A stretch of 64,000 bases of DNA. It comes from Paramecium tetraurelia (taxonomy: Eukaryota). The position numbers were made by a program, and so were the translations under genes. This document shows positions 46,247-59,293 of this stretch, piece by piece; positions within the stretch are counted from its first letter, which is position 1, and every line of letters begins with the position of its first letter. The notes below the pieces were generated by a model, which did not search any database, was not told the origin of the DNA, and was given only the letters and a program-made list of their open reading frames with translations. Location of the stretch: contig CT868011.1 in the NCBI GenBank assembly GCA_000165425.1, positions 62,001-126,000 on the forward strand. Reading direction: 5' to 3'.

Positions 46247-47740
46247 TCATTGCTGTAGTTGATTTGTCTCCTCCCTTACTTCTATAAACATTTAAGCAGC
46301 ACTCTTCTCCCAATCCAACAATATTAATCTCACAAATAGTACTCCAGCACTTACTGACAATCCACAAGCCCATCCAAACCACAATCCTTTCAATCCATAA
46401 TCATGATAATATCCCCAATAGATGCCGGTTCCAATTCCAATTGCATATTAACATAGCAATTAAACATTTATGGTAAACGCTACTTCTCCCAAGGCACCCA
46501 AGAGATTTGCCAACATAATTTACATCCCACCAATCGTAAGAGTTGGTAAGAATAATTTTAAGTTGTTAGACAAAATAAGTGATGTTTCGTTGTCCATATA
46601 AAAGAGTGCAATCCATTATTATTTGAATACTACCAATAAGAAGCATAACAATATTCCAGTCATCAAGCTGGTTGCTAAATAATACCAAACATGCTTTCTT
46701 CCTATTTCATACTCTTGCTCTTTAAATAATCTTCGTATTCTAGAAGCAGCAGTCATGGCTACTCCCAAGAAAAACATATACAGTGCTTGGGCTGTAAAAA
46801 TGAGGCAAACACAAACGGAGAATTCTTCATACGTTAGCCACAATGCAAGAAACCCCATTATTTCAAAAGACACATTTTATAAATAATTTTTGAAGGATGA
46901 GTGCAATAATCCATATGAAAATTAAAAAATTGATTTTAATGTTCTTCTGTCCCATTCAATCCAAGCAGGATGATTTTATTAATATTTGAAAATGTAAATA
47001 TACATAAGCAATGAAGATGTACAACTTGAAAAATTCTTACCCCAAGCTGCTCCACTTATGCCGAGGCCCAAATACACTATCAATTGTTTAGATAAGTAGA
47101 TATGCAAAATCTGTGTAAGTTAATGAATTGATTTACAGTAGTAAATATTTGTATAACTAAGACTGGATAATCAATGCCCATGGAGGTCAGGTAGTTCTTG
47201 GTGCAATCGAAGTATGTGAATGCGTATAGGGCTGGTAGCATTTCCCATACGTATTGAATAGCCTTTTCAACTACAATGCTTCAATATGAGAATGATAACC
47301 TACTTCGGGATATTGAATTAGGAGAGAATAAAGGTTGAACCAGCAATAACAGGGGTAATCAAAATCAGAAAAACTCCGTTCAAAAGCAACGATCTTTGAT
47401 AGGAGATCCCAATTTTCACATATTGATGCTATTTAAACTACCTAGTCATTATGGAGGTGATGCTAGAATTCATGCAAAGTAACAATCCTTTTACAAGCAA
47501 ATTCGCATATATTGTCCCAAAACCTATTCCAATCACATCTTCAATAACCAAATATCAATACTGTCTCTCCCTATAATGAAATACATATTCACCAACGTTG
47601 TAAGTATACTCAATTCCTAAATTTCATAAATCTCCATCTCATACCATTCCAATAACCGTGGGTAAAGCCTTCACCAGTAAGGTTTCGAAACTGGATATGA
47701 ACTGAGAAAACGTTGTGATTTCAAGACTCTCCTCTGCCAT
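46247..47740 (-). CDS. MATE family multidrug/toxin efflux transporter
   Basis: Polytopic membrane protein with MATE-like segments GIGFGTIYANL...IGISYQRSLL, GLGISGAAW, GLWIVS; several tiny introns. Confidence 0.82.
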
Positions 47741-47834
47741 CTATAACAATTATAAAATAATTAAGAAAATGATTCCAATTTAGATATTCAGATTCCCACA
47801 ATACAATTAAATTCAACTTAATATTCCAATTATA

Positions 47835-48172
47835 TCAATGAGTGTTGCTGAAAATGGGGGGTAATTGATTGGCTTTGACCTTATCAAAATCGATGCTCTT
47901 CTCTTTCTCCAGATTGACTTCCCCTAAAACTGCCACTGTGTCTCCTCTAATCACCTATAACCCCGCATTTAAAAATTGAACTCCAGTCTCTAGTGAATAC
48001 ACTCTCTCCTCGCTGTTTTGTAATACACAATTCATAGCTTGATCAATTCCAATAAGAGTCCATTAAACATATAGGAGAAATCATACCCACAAAACACACG
48101 GCCATCAGTTGTAATGGCCTGCACCTTCTTATTCAGCATAATCTCAAATGGATTCACTCCTTCTTTGTACAT
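47835..48172 (-). CDS. LSM8: U6 snRNA-associated Sm-like protein LSm8
   Basis: LNKKVQAITTDGRVFV..LIGIDQAMNCVLQNSEERVYS...GLQVIRGDTVAVLGEV...VKANQLPPI; one intron. Confidence 0.88.
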
Positions 48173-48211
48173 ATATTTGAAATAATATTATTATATGAAA
48201 ATAATTTAATA

Positions 48212-49003
48212 TCACAGAATAAATGGAATTATGGCTTTTCTGTTTTTGGGATAGTTGTCGAATTTGTTCTTATACCATTTATGGGTTGAAACGGCTCTAG
48301 CTGAAAGAATTGACAAGGTTGAAAAGAAAAATAGGAATCCGCTCCATTAGCCACTAACCAAAAAGTACCCAAACCTTTTTTATTTTTTAATTATTCTTAC
48401 CATTCAATTATTTCACCTAAGTAATGGCCAGATGATACCAACTCAAATAAATTGCCATATGGAATCTTGTATTCATTTGAGTTTTCCTTCTTCAACCCTC
48501 TCAAGATGTTATCACATTTGATATTAGATGTCATTCCATAGATGAATATTAAGATTCCTACAAGAATTCTTAAATAATCAGGGAGGTATAATTAAAGATC
48601 TCGATTTAAATGAGTTGTAATTTAGATATAGCCGTTGCAGGTTGTAAATAAGATGGCACTAGCCACTACTTCAACGGGGATGGGTCTTGCAAGTGGAGAT
48701 AGTCTTAAGTCATAGATAAATTTGCAAATACCTTAAAGGATAGATGATCACACGATTGAAGTAATGGGTGACGAACAATAGAATGGGCAATCTATTGAAA
48801 TCAAGGCTGATGGCTGGGAGAAAATACACAAACCAAATGAGGTTAGGGCATTCGTAGAGGATCCACCCTATTCTTGGGGGCAGAGTCAACTTCATGTAAT
48901 GAGAGAGATGCTTGCCATAGCCTATTTTTAGGAGATCAGCAGTCCAGGCTGCCAAACTAAATCCTAAAATGATGATTACGGATATGAATTGAAAATCAAA
49001 CAT
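48212..49003 (-). CDS. 3-oxo-5-alpha-steroid 4-dehydrogenase (DET2/SRD5A family)
   Basis: YGK, RIGWILYECP, HYFNRVIIYP, YKIPYGNLFELVSSGHYLGEIIEW, ARAVSTHKWY..KFDNYPKNRKAIIPFIL*. Confidence 0.92.
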
Positions 49004-49224
49004 AATTAAATAATATTATTATTTCTACAGCAATATCTGATTTGAACATGTCATTAAAATTATTAATATTATTATTATTATTAATTAACAAATTTAAATT
49101 AATCTATTACAATAAACTCTACATTGATAAATTTTTAAGGCCCATTTGTCTCATAGCATTAAATTCATTTATTTTTAATATTTATATATATAAAATTTTA
49201 TTAATAAAGTTAATTAACGTTGAA

Positions 49225-50321
49225 ATGAATACTGTTTAATTAATACAACCTTGGAGGTAAGTTTCACCCCAGGCGATAGAAGCCTTAAAATCCTTAGAGT
49301 AATTATAAACTATCTCAAATGCAAAAATAGTTAAAAGAATTACCACCACATCCCCAATCAAGCAATTCTTCTTAAATGGGAGATAACTTACTGTCTTTGG
49401 AAATAACAGTCAAACTAAGATAATTTAACCTTGTTCTTACCAACCGGTTCATTAAACCGATAGAGTTCAACCATAACATAATAGAAATATTTCAATTGAA
49501 ATGCTAAATTTTAAATAGTAAGTCCAGGATAATATATTGCTCTAAACTGTGATCTCAAAGTACGAGTCCTCTCCAAAAATGAGTACTCCCGTCAAGAACT
49601 CTGGAACATAAACTCCTACAATGTTTACTCGAAATTCATGCGATAATATTCCTCTACCGAAGGAACCCAACAAAGTAATAGAGTCAAGAGAGAATAAGTC
49701 TCCATAAGTAAATTTGATCCAAAAAAAGAAATTAATTTTAAATCAAATTTTATAACTTGACAATGAAATAAAATTAATGTAGGATGAGGAGGCAAAAAGA
49801 AGATTAGATCCTTTGAGACAAAAAACATCAAATTAAACATCCATAGCTCCAGTTTCCATCAGGGAATCCTTAGAGAAATAAGCAAGCACCAGTACTTTTA
49901 TGTCGAAATTGAATGAATGGATGAAAAAAAAGAAAGCAGTTCCCTTAGATGAAAAATAAGATGAGCAATCCAGTTCAATATAAAATTCAGTTTTAAGGGA
50001 TGTATGATTATGCATAATACTTAGTGTACTTTCAAGGGTAATTTGACATCTAAAGATCAAAACTATGAATCATTTTATGATCGCAACATGAAATGGTAAA
50101 GGAGAGTAAATATGAAGAAACAAAAGATGAAAACCTAAAAATCTATGATATAATTGAAGAAAGATTCAAAATCTCCAAATTAAAAGCCTTCGAGACCAAA
50201 TTCATCAGAATTGAATTGCTGGATAAGGGGAAAAGAATTAAAACAATCTCAATCTCCCTAAAAATAAAAGCAAAAACAGAATAAGATACAATAATAATTG
50301 GCCAATAAATTGCGTTTATGA
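49225..50321 (+). CDS. Hypothetical basic low-complexity protein
   Basis: Open frame from ATG 49225 with one 23-nt intron; CTFKG...FYDRNMKW motif; ends ANKLRL*. Confidence 0.7.
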
Positions 50322-50496
50322 ACCCTATATTATATATCAGCTTTTTTATTGTATAATCCATGGTTTTTGATAAATTCCTTAACAATTAATAGTACTATTG
50401 CATTAATAACCAATGAATCTAATATAGTTGAAATTATTGCTCAATTTTAGATTAACAATCTCTTGTGTTTGATTATATAAATAATAATTTTAATTT

Positions 50497-51218
50497 ATGA
50501 TAGTATTTTGTGCTAATTCATTGCCTTAAGTGATTGCCAATTAGGGGTTGAGACAATTCTAAGTAATAACCTAGAATTTGAAACCATAACTCATCTTGAA
50601 TTAGTGCGGAGGGGATATTGAAACAAGATCACAATATTTTGCAAAGTATTTAAGCAAATTCAATGAACCATTTCATTTAATTGGATATGGAATTGCTGGG
50701 TTGGATTTAAGATATGCCTTGAGTCAAAACAATAGCATAAGAGCGAAATCTTTGATTACCATAGGCACACCTCATCGGGGATCAATTTTAAGCGATTTGT
50801 ACAGGAGAAGAAGAGTTGAGGATGATGTCATTGAGCCCTTATGTAGAGTATTGGGAATCAGATAAAACTATTTCGAAGAAATTAACAGTGAAAACATAAG
50901 GGATTTCAATTTGGTAACCACAAATAAAGAAAATATTAAGGTAAATAAAATTAGAATATACAGTATTTTAGTTTGAATGCAGAGACTGAAGTTGGATAGA
51001 TGTCATAAATTTATCAAGCCAGTGGGACCATCATCGAAAGTGAAAAGGAATACCCAGTAGAGAGTGGATCCGATGGAGTGTTCGCTCATAATGAAACAAA
51101 GTGGGGACAACATGTTGCTACATTGGATTGCGATCATGGGGCAATGATTGGAATACCAAACTAGAGAAATGGTGAATAGACTGTGGATATAATTCAATAA
51201 TTGATCAAAGACTTATGA
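50497..51218 (+). CDS. Alpha/beta-hydrolase (Tgl2-like lipase fold) lacking the catalytic serine, 232 aa
   Basis: FHLIGYGIAGLDLRY, SLITIGTPHRGS, SDGV, CDHGAMIG; intron 50941-50963. Confidence 0.85.
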
Positions 51219-51244
51219 TCAAATAAAATTATATTAATAATTTA

Positions 51245-53314
51245 TCATTATTTGTTTACTTGTATGGGATCCACCTTTTTCATTAGCTCATCAAAATCAA
51301 TCTCATAATCTAGAATATAATGCTGAATCTCATTGACAAATGCTTAATATTTCTTTTCATTGACAGGCTTCCCTATTAATATAATTTAGTGATAAAACTC
51401 AAGTATCATATGAAAATAGATTTGGAACATATCAAAGATCCTAATACAAATTTTAAATATTCCCATTGGACAAGCCTTTAATAATATTAAATATATATAT
51501 ACTGTTTAAATTGTAGTTGATATGGTTAATTTTCTGGATTAATCAATGTAAATATTCATCGGTGTGGGTTCTCTTATGAGCATGTTGGCTAAATAAATAA
51601 TGTCGTCTGCAGTATCTATTGAAAATTGGATTTCAGAAATGCTTGTTTTCATTATTATAACTGAGTCATATTGTGAGTTGGCTTAATTGGATGCCGAGGA
51701 CTCTTTAAACGTCATCGTGTATGGGATCTTCAAATCTTCCTGAATCATTTATTGAGTCCTCTGATCAACAATTTGTCTATTGATTCTATTTATTGAACTT
51801 GACCAATTAAATTGAAATTAATCCTTAGTTTCAGGTTTACTAAATATTTCGATTCTGTGCTAATTGGAAGCAACTTTGGAATATGGTGCCATATCAATCT
51901 TATTTTCATCTGTATTCTTGGATTTCAAGTGTTCATACATAGAGTTCATAAATTTTCCAAATATCTCATAGCTATTAGAATTGATCTCTTTAGGTAATTT
52001 ACTAAAAAATTAGGTCATATTAATGAATTGTAATTATAAAAGATTTTAAGCATCTTTTTATTAAGTAATTAATTCGTCATCCTTTCTACTGAATTCTTTA
52101 AAGAGCATCTTAAGTTCTTCGTTATTTTATAATTAATATAACAACATTGTTTACTTAAATCTAGTTCTAGCCAATTTCTTTTAAAATCTTTGATCTTTGT
52201 ATAAGTAATCCGCGCCTCTATATTATTAATTATTTGGAAATTGAGGTTCCAAATCTTAAATTTCAGGTTCTTTTATGAAATACTCTTCAAAGAATGAGAA
52301 ATCCTCATCTGTATTCTTAATTGGGTTGAGAAATTTCAAATAAAACCTATAGAGAAAATTAAATGTCTTGATTAAATCATCATAAATACAGCATTTTGAT
52401 ATAATTTGAATCTAAATTCTATAAACTTTTCAAGCAAGCTTGAGGCTTTGGACTAGAATAAATGTCTAGTCATTAATGTGAAAGTTGGCAATAATACAAA
52501 TTATTCTTCTTCTTTATAATACAAGAGGCAACTCTGAAGAGGGTCGAAAAATAATCTAAATAGAAAATAAAATAAGTACCCAAAGTTTGCAGACCAATAG
52601 AATATTTCTATTAAATTAAAAAACACTTTTTTGAGCATAGAAGCATCTATATTTTTCAATTCCTATATAGGGGAAATTAATTCAAAAGCCTCCTCAAAAC
52701 CCTCATCTAATTTATTTAATTTATTTCTGTAAGGAATCTCAAGCTTTTCTCCTTATAATCCATCATAATAATATTAAACGTCGAGGCAAGTTCCATTCAT
52801 AGTCATTTTGTTATCTTTAGCTATTTTGGCCACTTTAAGGTTAATTGAAATTGGAAACCTTTTACACTAAAATCTTACTTATTATGCAATTAATCTTAGC
52901 TATGTTAGTATTACTCAAATATATATTTGAAAGATTCCTTAGCATCTTGAGAATTAAAATTTTTATCGTGGTTTATTTGGAAGCACTAAGTTTATTAGCT
53001 ATAAGAGATTATTTTTTAATTCATTTAATATTATATACATTTCCAAAGTTTCCAATACTACTTTTTGGAATGCTTCAAAAGAATGAATCAATTTAATATT
53101 GTAGGTGTTTAAATGTATTATAATCCTTGAAAAGTGAAGGAGATTAGAAATTTTAACTACTCTTTATAATTGTGTACACCATTTTTTGTAGAAGAATTGA
53201 TCTAATTATTAATCCCTTATCATGAACAGGAAGTGAAAATTTCTCAAATTTCAAGAAATGATACAGTTCTGCCAAAAGGAGATTGATTTAATTAGGATAT
53301 TAATATATCCACAT
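51245..53314 (-). CDS. Hypothetical multi-exon protein
   Basis: Frame can be threaded through about 6 GT..AG introns, including a 40-nt one at 52999-53038, to TGA at 51245; 5' end uncertain. Confidence 0.55.
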
Positions 53315-54113
53315 ACCCTACAGGGTAGATTGGAGGATTTGTCAAGCGCTAAACGTTTCATTTTGATCCTGTTTTAATCTATCCTTTATCAGGAACTCAC
53401 AACCAAGAAAAGAATAAACTTAATAAGTTTTTCTTATGGAAATTAAAATTTATCATAGATGACATTTTAATGGAAAAACTATCCTTAAATTAAAAGGCAT
53501 AGTAAATATTCAAATATTTCATTTATTCATATTTTGTGATCCGAAATGCTTAAATTAATTTTATATAATGAAAATTTCGATAAAAAATTTGTTGACATTT
53601 TTTTAGTATAAAAATCACTTAGATCAAAATTATCTTGATATCACCTATTTAAATGTGTTAAGCTACCACTAGAAAATATGTAACAGAGTATTTCATATCA
53701 TATAATATTTTATTTAAAATCCTAAATGTGCCCTTTATTTAACCAGATACAAAATTTAAATAGATATGCTGTTTCTAGAGTCGAATATTACTCATTTTTC
53801 ATATCTAATCTCCAAAGAAGGATTTTTTGAAAGATATTAGTCCTCTTATTATTTATAGGAGTGACATTTAGAAAGAATCACATTGAATTACTAATATTCC
53901 TCAATGAATAAAATTTAAAAATTGTTGATAAAACATATATTTAAAACATAAATAAGTTGTTTTTCTCTATTGATTCCAAGTTGTTTTTAATTTGGAAATA
54001 TATATATGAATTTGTTCAAAATTTTATAAATAATTAAATTAATGGACGAATATATGAAAAATTTTTTTGTTCTTAATCGCCTTTTAGTATTCTATTATTA
54101 TTAATTAGTTTAA

Positions 54114-55126
54114 ATGACAGACAGCACATGTCCTTTCTGTAAAAACAATGGTTACTTCGATCAAAGTACATCCTCAACATATTGTAAAACAAAATCTTGC
54201 AATAACAGGGTCATTTAATTCGGAACAATTAATTATGAAGATGAAAATAAATTGGGTGACGTTGATCAACCAGGAAATAGATAATCTAGAAATGGAGGAT
54301 ATGAAAATAAAATTGTTGCTTATAAAGAACAGCTTTGTGAAAAGTAAGGAATAAGCGATTCTAAACAGAGAAAATAATTTTAAGAAAAATTTGAAGCTGG
54401 AGAACATCAAATATACAAGTTGAATAGATATTTCAATATGAATGAGGCATTCACTAACGATGCCATCTATAAATACAGATTCTACATGAAAAATATATCG
54501 AGCGAAGTAAAATTCTTTTATAAAAATTTTAGATTTCGAGAAAAACATTTTTGGACATATCTTCTTATGTATTCTATCTAACTATTAAAGAAAGATAGTC
54601 AAAGCATTATTATGATTAAAAATTAGGCAAAATTACATTAGAAGAAATAGCTAAATATTCCAATAAGACGGCTCAATAAATTAAATAAGCAATTAGAGTT
54701 TTAAACAATAAAACAATTGGCTTCACTTTAGAATCAGATGATCGTAGTTAACAAGACATCTGCTAATAAATTGCACTTAAAATCTAGAAGCACAATCTAC
54801 CATTTACTGAAGATGAAACTTTTGCAATTAAGGATATCCCGCGTAGACTTATGGATAGCAGTATTATCAGAGGTGAAAAAACTTCAACAATTGCATGGTA
54901 ATATTGTATATTAATGGCTAGTGTTGCTGAATTCATGGTATCATAGCTATCCAGCAATCCTAGATTAAATATGTTAACTATCGATTAACTTGCTTAAATG
55001 AATGAGGTATAAAAAGACACAGTTAAAAAATTATGGAATGCTATTATTGATAATTAATCTTCGCAAAATCATATTTCTAGATGGGAAGGATAAAGATCAA
55101 TAACAGAACTAAAGCATATAAACTGA
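54114..55126 (+). CDS. Divergent TFIIB-family transcription factor
   Basis: Zn ribbon CPFC...CKTKSC, then RVIQFGTINYEDE, SRNGG, and two cyclin-fold-like repeats (ISRKTFLDISSYVFYLTIK...ITLEEIAK; IRGEKTSTIACVAEFMVSQL...LTIDQLAQMNEVQKDTVKKLW). Confidence 0.78.
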
Positions 55127-55986
55127 AAATAGAAAATAAAATAATAATTATTACATATATTATTCTTAATATAGATATCCTCAAACTCTATCAATAACTC
55201 AGACCGATTACTTTTCTGCCATATATTTTAATTTACCATTTCTTTTCTAATTTCATATTCTTTATGGTTCAAATCAATTAGATAGTTAATAATTTTTGGA
55301 GATATTTGAATGCCTCCTAACCCAATTTAATGGCAATATTGCAAAAACTTAATTTATTACGATCATTCAAATTATTCTATTTCTTTTAATAATTTTCACT
55401 GAATGCTCAACCTAATCAATTCTCTTTTCTAGCAATTACTTACAATCCCTTACAAACATCATTTTTTGATTCCAACCTATTCATCCTTCATTATAATTTT
55501 CTCTTATTTTTATGATATTTTACTATAATTAATGTAGACAAATTCAGCAAAGATTTTTTCATATTTTTATTTATTGTATAAAAGGGAGGAGGATATGGTC
55601 TTAAAAGATAGATTAGAAACTCAATGAGAGATATAAATTTGATTAGAAATGTGATAAAAACCTAATAATTAAAATTCTATTAATTTCTGAGTGGAATATA
55701 AGTTTTGCATATTTTTAAAAAAAGAAAAGACGCTATTAGAATTTAGAGTAAAATTTAAAATTATTAATAAATAATACATTACCGAGTATCTTTTAAGATA
55801 ATGTTACATAAATTCAATCATCTTTTTTTACCATTTGCCCATCTTTATTATTTAGCATATCATTTGTATTTTATTAAAGTAAATTGCTCATTCTATATAA
55901 TAAATTTCAATTAGATTAGTTAAGATTAATATTTGTAATAACAAATTTATTTATTAAAACAATGTTTTATTTAATTTTTTTTATTA

Positions 55987-58444
55987 ATGAGTATTCAACA
56001 TAAAGAGAAATAGTTATAAGAAATTAAAAAAAGAATAGAAGATATGATATAAGATTGCATAAAAATACAGAATTTTAAAATCAATGTATTTTTAAAATTT
56101 GATTCGTAATTTATTTTTACATATATTCAACTTAGTGATCTAAGAAAATAGGTGAATTCCTCTCCACTGGCTAAGTAATTATGTAAATAGATAATTCTAC
56201 TAATGCTAACGTGTCTAAGGGAGGCTTATGACAAAAAATTTAAGAAATTGCCTGATTTAGAAGAATTTTTTGTTAATTATGACGAGTATGAAAAGACAGC
56301 GAAATATTTGAATCTTGCTTGCTATCATATTGTAATTGATTGTTCATGATTTAGTTAGTGTTAAACCCTTAGTCAAAAGGAGAAGTTTAGTTTCTCTGAA
56401 ATAGCTCTATGCAAATATATAAAAGACAATATTTAACATATTCAAGAGACTATATTTAAGAATCTGCTGAATCATCTCGAATAGATTTATAAAAAATAAG
56501 AATATGAATATGTACATAAGAGGTAAGAGAGTGAGATCTTAAGCAGAAAAATAGAACATAATAATTCTATCGATTAATTTAAGACTTACATTTAAAGATT
56601 ATTATAGTTCTCATAGAATAAACTGCTCCTTCAAAAAAGAGATATTAATGTTTTTGATGATTTCTGTTAGATGTTGCTGTTCAAATTTATAGAGGATCAA
56701 TACCAATAAAAGTATTAGAGATGGTCTCAAGTTTATTCAGTTAAAGATTATCTAACATTAGTGGAAAGGGAACAAAAATTGAATTAGGAATTGTTTATTT
56801 CTTTAATAGAATATGAAACATTTGAAGGTCATTAAAATAATATTTTGAGAATAATATATGAAAAATTGCTGATTTCATACAAAGGGGTAATCCTAAGAGA
56901 TGAAAGAGGGCTTTAAGGGTTGTTGAAGGAATTCCTCTAGAGCTATGATTATAATGATAAGAAAAGTGCTAAAGAGGAAATCATTCTAATCTTGAGAGTG
57001 TATTCCAAATTCTAAGACAAGGAGAATTACTTCAATGATTTTAAATATCACTTTTAGTCCTTTGTAAGAAGAACAATAGATGAGCAATACAAGGAGGAAA
57101 CTCTTCACCATGAATTAGAGAAATAAAAGTAGAAATATAAATCTCTGGTAAAGATTTTATGCGACATTTATGATAAATTTAACGATCTGATTCTGTAGTG
57201 CTTTAGGAAGAGTACTGATTTCAGAGGAAGATATGACCTTGAAATGATAGTCAATTCTGAACTCAACTTATTTTTCATAAGTTTAGAATAAGTAATGATT
57301 ATTTTATTACAAAGAGTATTCAATTAACATTGCAATTATGCGATTATGTACATGAGCTGATAATGTAAATGGCCAAAACTGATGATCTATAATAAAGAGA
57401 AGAGAATTATGATGAAATTAGAAAGGTATAAAATTGCTTGTTACCATTTGTGAAAGATTACGAATACTATCTGCTTGTAACGATTTCAATCAATATCATA
57501 GATTTCTTATTATCGATTGGCTTCAAGATTACTTGGTTATCTGTTGTTTTTTGACAAGAATTATGTAATTAATCATCTAGAAACTGAAAGATAAATACTT
57601 GATAATATGAGAAGGTTCTGTGGGAATAAAAAACTAAAAAAGTTTTATAAGATGATTGATGAAACATCAGAAATTGCATCGAAAACACAAATAGCTACTT
57701 TTGACGGAGTCCCTTTAGAAATTATTCAAATCAATAAAAAGAAATGGCCAATACATTATGGCAATGACCAAAATGTATTTAAACGTTTTGATAATCAAAA
57801 AGCAGATTACCTTAAGATGCAGAATTAGCAACACAATATTATATTTAGTGATACCTTATCTTATGTTGAGATTTATTGGAATGAAGTAAATAAAAAACTG
57901 TTGATAAATTGCGTTTAAGCAGCAATTTTATTATTGTATGACAAAAATGAAGACCCAAAATCCTTAAATTAGATCTCGGATTCAATCAATTTAGAAAAGG
58001 GCCAAGTTAAATTTCAACTAGATAGAATGGTATTGAATTCATTTTATAAAAGGTCAAACAAAAAATCCTATGGAATGATGAATAATTTTTTTATCTAAAT
58101 AATTCATAAATTGAATAAGAAATCAAATAAGAATGGATTATCATGGAACACAACATTTACGAAAATGAACGATATATAAATGAAAGTATGTGTTATATCT
58201 AAATCAAGTCAAACCTGTTGTTGATAAAACATAAGATTTTAAGTATCAGCTAGATGCTTATATAATGAAAGTCCTAAAAGCAGAATAAAGAGTGTTTCAC
58301 AAAACTTTACTCGAGAAAGTTTAACAACACTTTTACCCAACCCTAGTAACAAACGAGTAAATCAAAATATCGATTGAATTCCTCTCCAAATACTAGTACA
58401 TAAGTAGAGATCCAAAAGATTAATCAGCATATCTATATGAATGA
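55987..58444 (+). CDS. Divergent cullin-family protein
   Basis: Cullin-homology segment (INKKKWP...LSYVEI...LLINCVQAAILLLY) and C-terminal winged helix LDAYIMKVLKAEQRVFHKTLLEKV...IKISIEFLSKYQYISRDPKDQSAYLYE*. Confidence 0.85.
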
Positions 58445-59293
58445 AGTTAGAATTATAGTAACAAATCTGTTAAATAGCAAATTTTGTCTGAATTTAAACT
58501 CTTAACATCCCAATTATTCTTTTACTATTATGATTAGTTGAATCTCTAGATTATCAAATATGTATTCAACTATATAACTCTATTTTGTATTATGGGTGTT
58601 AAGGGGACTATAATATTATAACAAGAAAGATTTACAATTTAATCAAATTTATTATATTAATTGTGTAGTTAGCATAACTAAGAGTAGAATTTTGAGTTAG
58701 ATATCATCTTTAATTGACAACAAAGAACACTAATAATCAAAAATTATTGATTTTCTGTTAATTTTAGTATTGAGTATTATACAACCCAATTTTAGTGGGA
58801 TTTCTAAAATAATTCAGAAAGTTCGTATCTCAGATATTTTCATGTCATGTTTCTTTAATTATCAAAATGTATAACGTTTTTCTACTTCTTTTTCAGATTT
58901 TTTATAATATGATTTATCATAAATTATAATAAAATATGTAATATAACCTCTGAATTACTAAAAATATGTTTTTTCAACCACTATCTTTGATTTGTATGAT
59001 CATGAGTCCTTTTTGTTTTCTTTAATATGTATTTCAATAATTAAAAGTAATTAATAGAAGATTGAGTAAATAAAGTGAAACCCTATGATTGATGACTCTG
59101 ATCATACAGGGAAGTTAATCCAATGTAGACTTTTATTAATTCAATCGAATATTAGTTGTAATTTCTCTAGTTCGTCAGAATTCATTGATTATAAAAAACT
59201 ATTATTTTGTGAAATAAATCATTTTATTACATACTATCAATGTTATAAACTGGTTTAGATTTGTTTAGAGGTCATTCATTATTATATTTTTTG

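Noticed and set aside
50360..50496. Upstream ATG 50360 plus a 36-nt intron as an N-terminal extension of the lipase-like gene
   Set aside because: Splicing places a TGA in frame immediately; ATG 50497 gives a complete fold.
52450..52850. Possible pseudokinase fold in the hypothetical gene
   Set aside because: Only a vague spacing resemblance; no HRD, DFG or APE motif, so it cannot be supported without a profile search.
31555..58444. OTU, WD40, PARP and cullin genes as a co-functional defence island
   Set aside because: They are interspersed with unrelated housekeeping genes, ciliates lack operons, and these families are large, so proximity is expected by chance.
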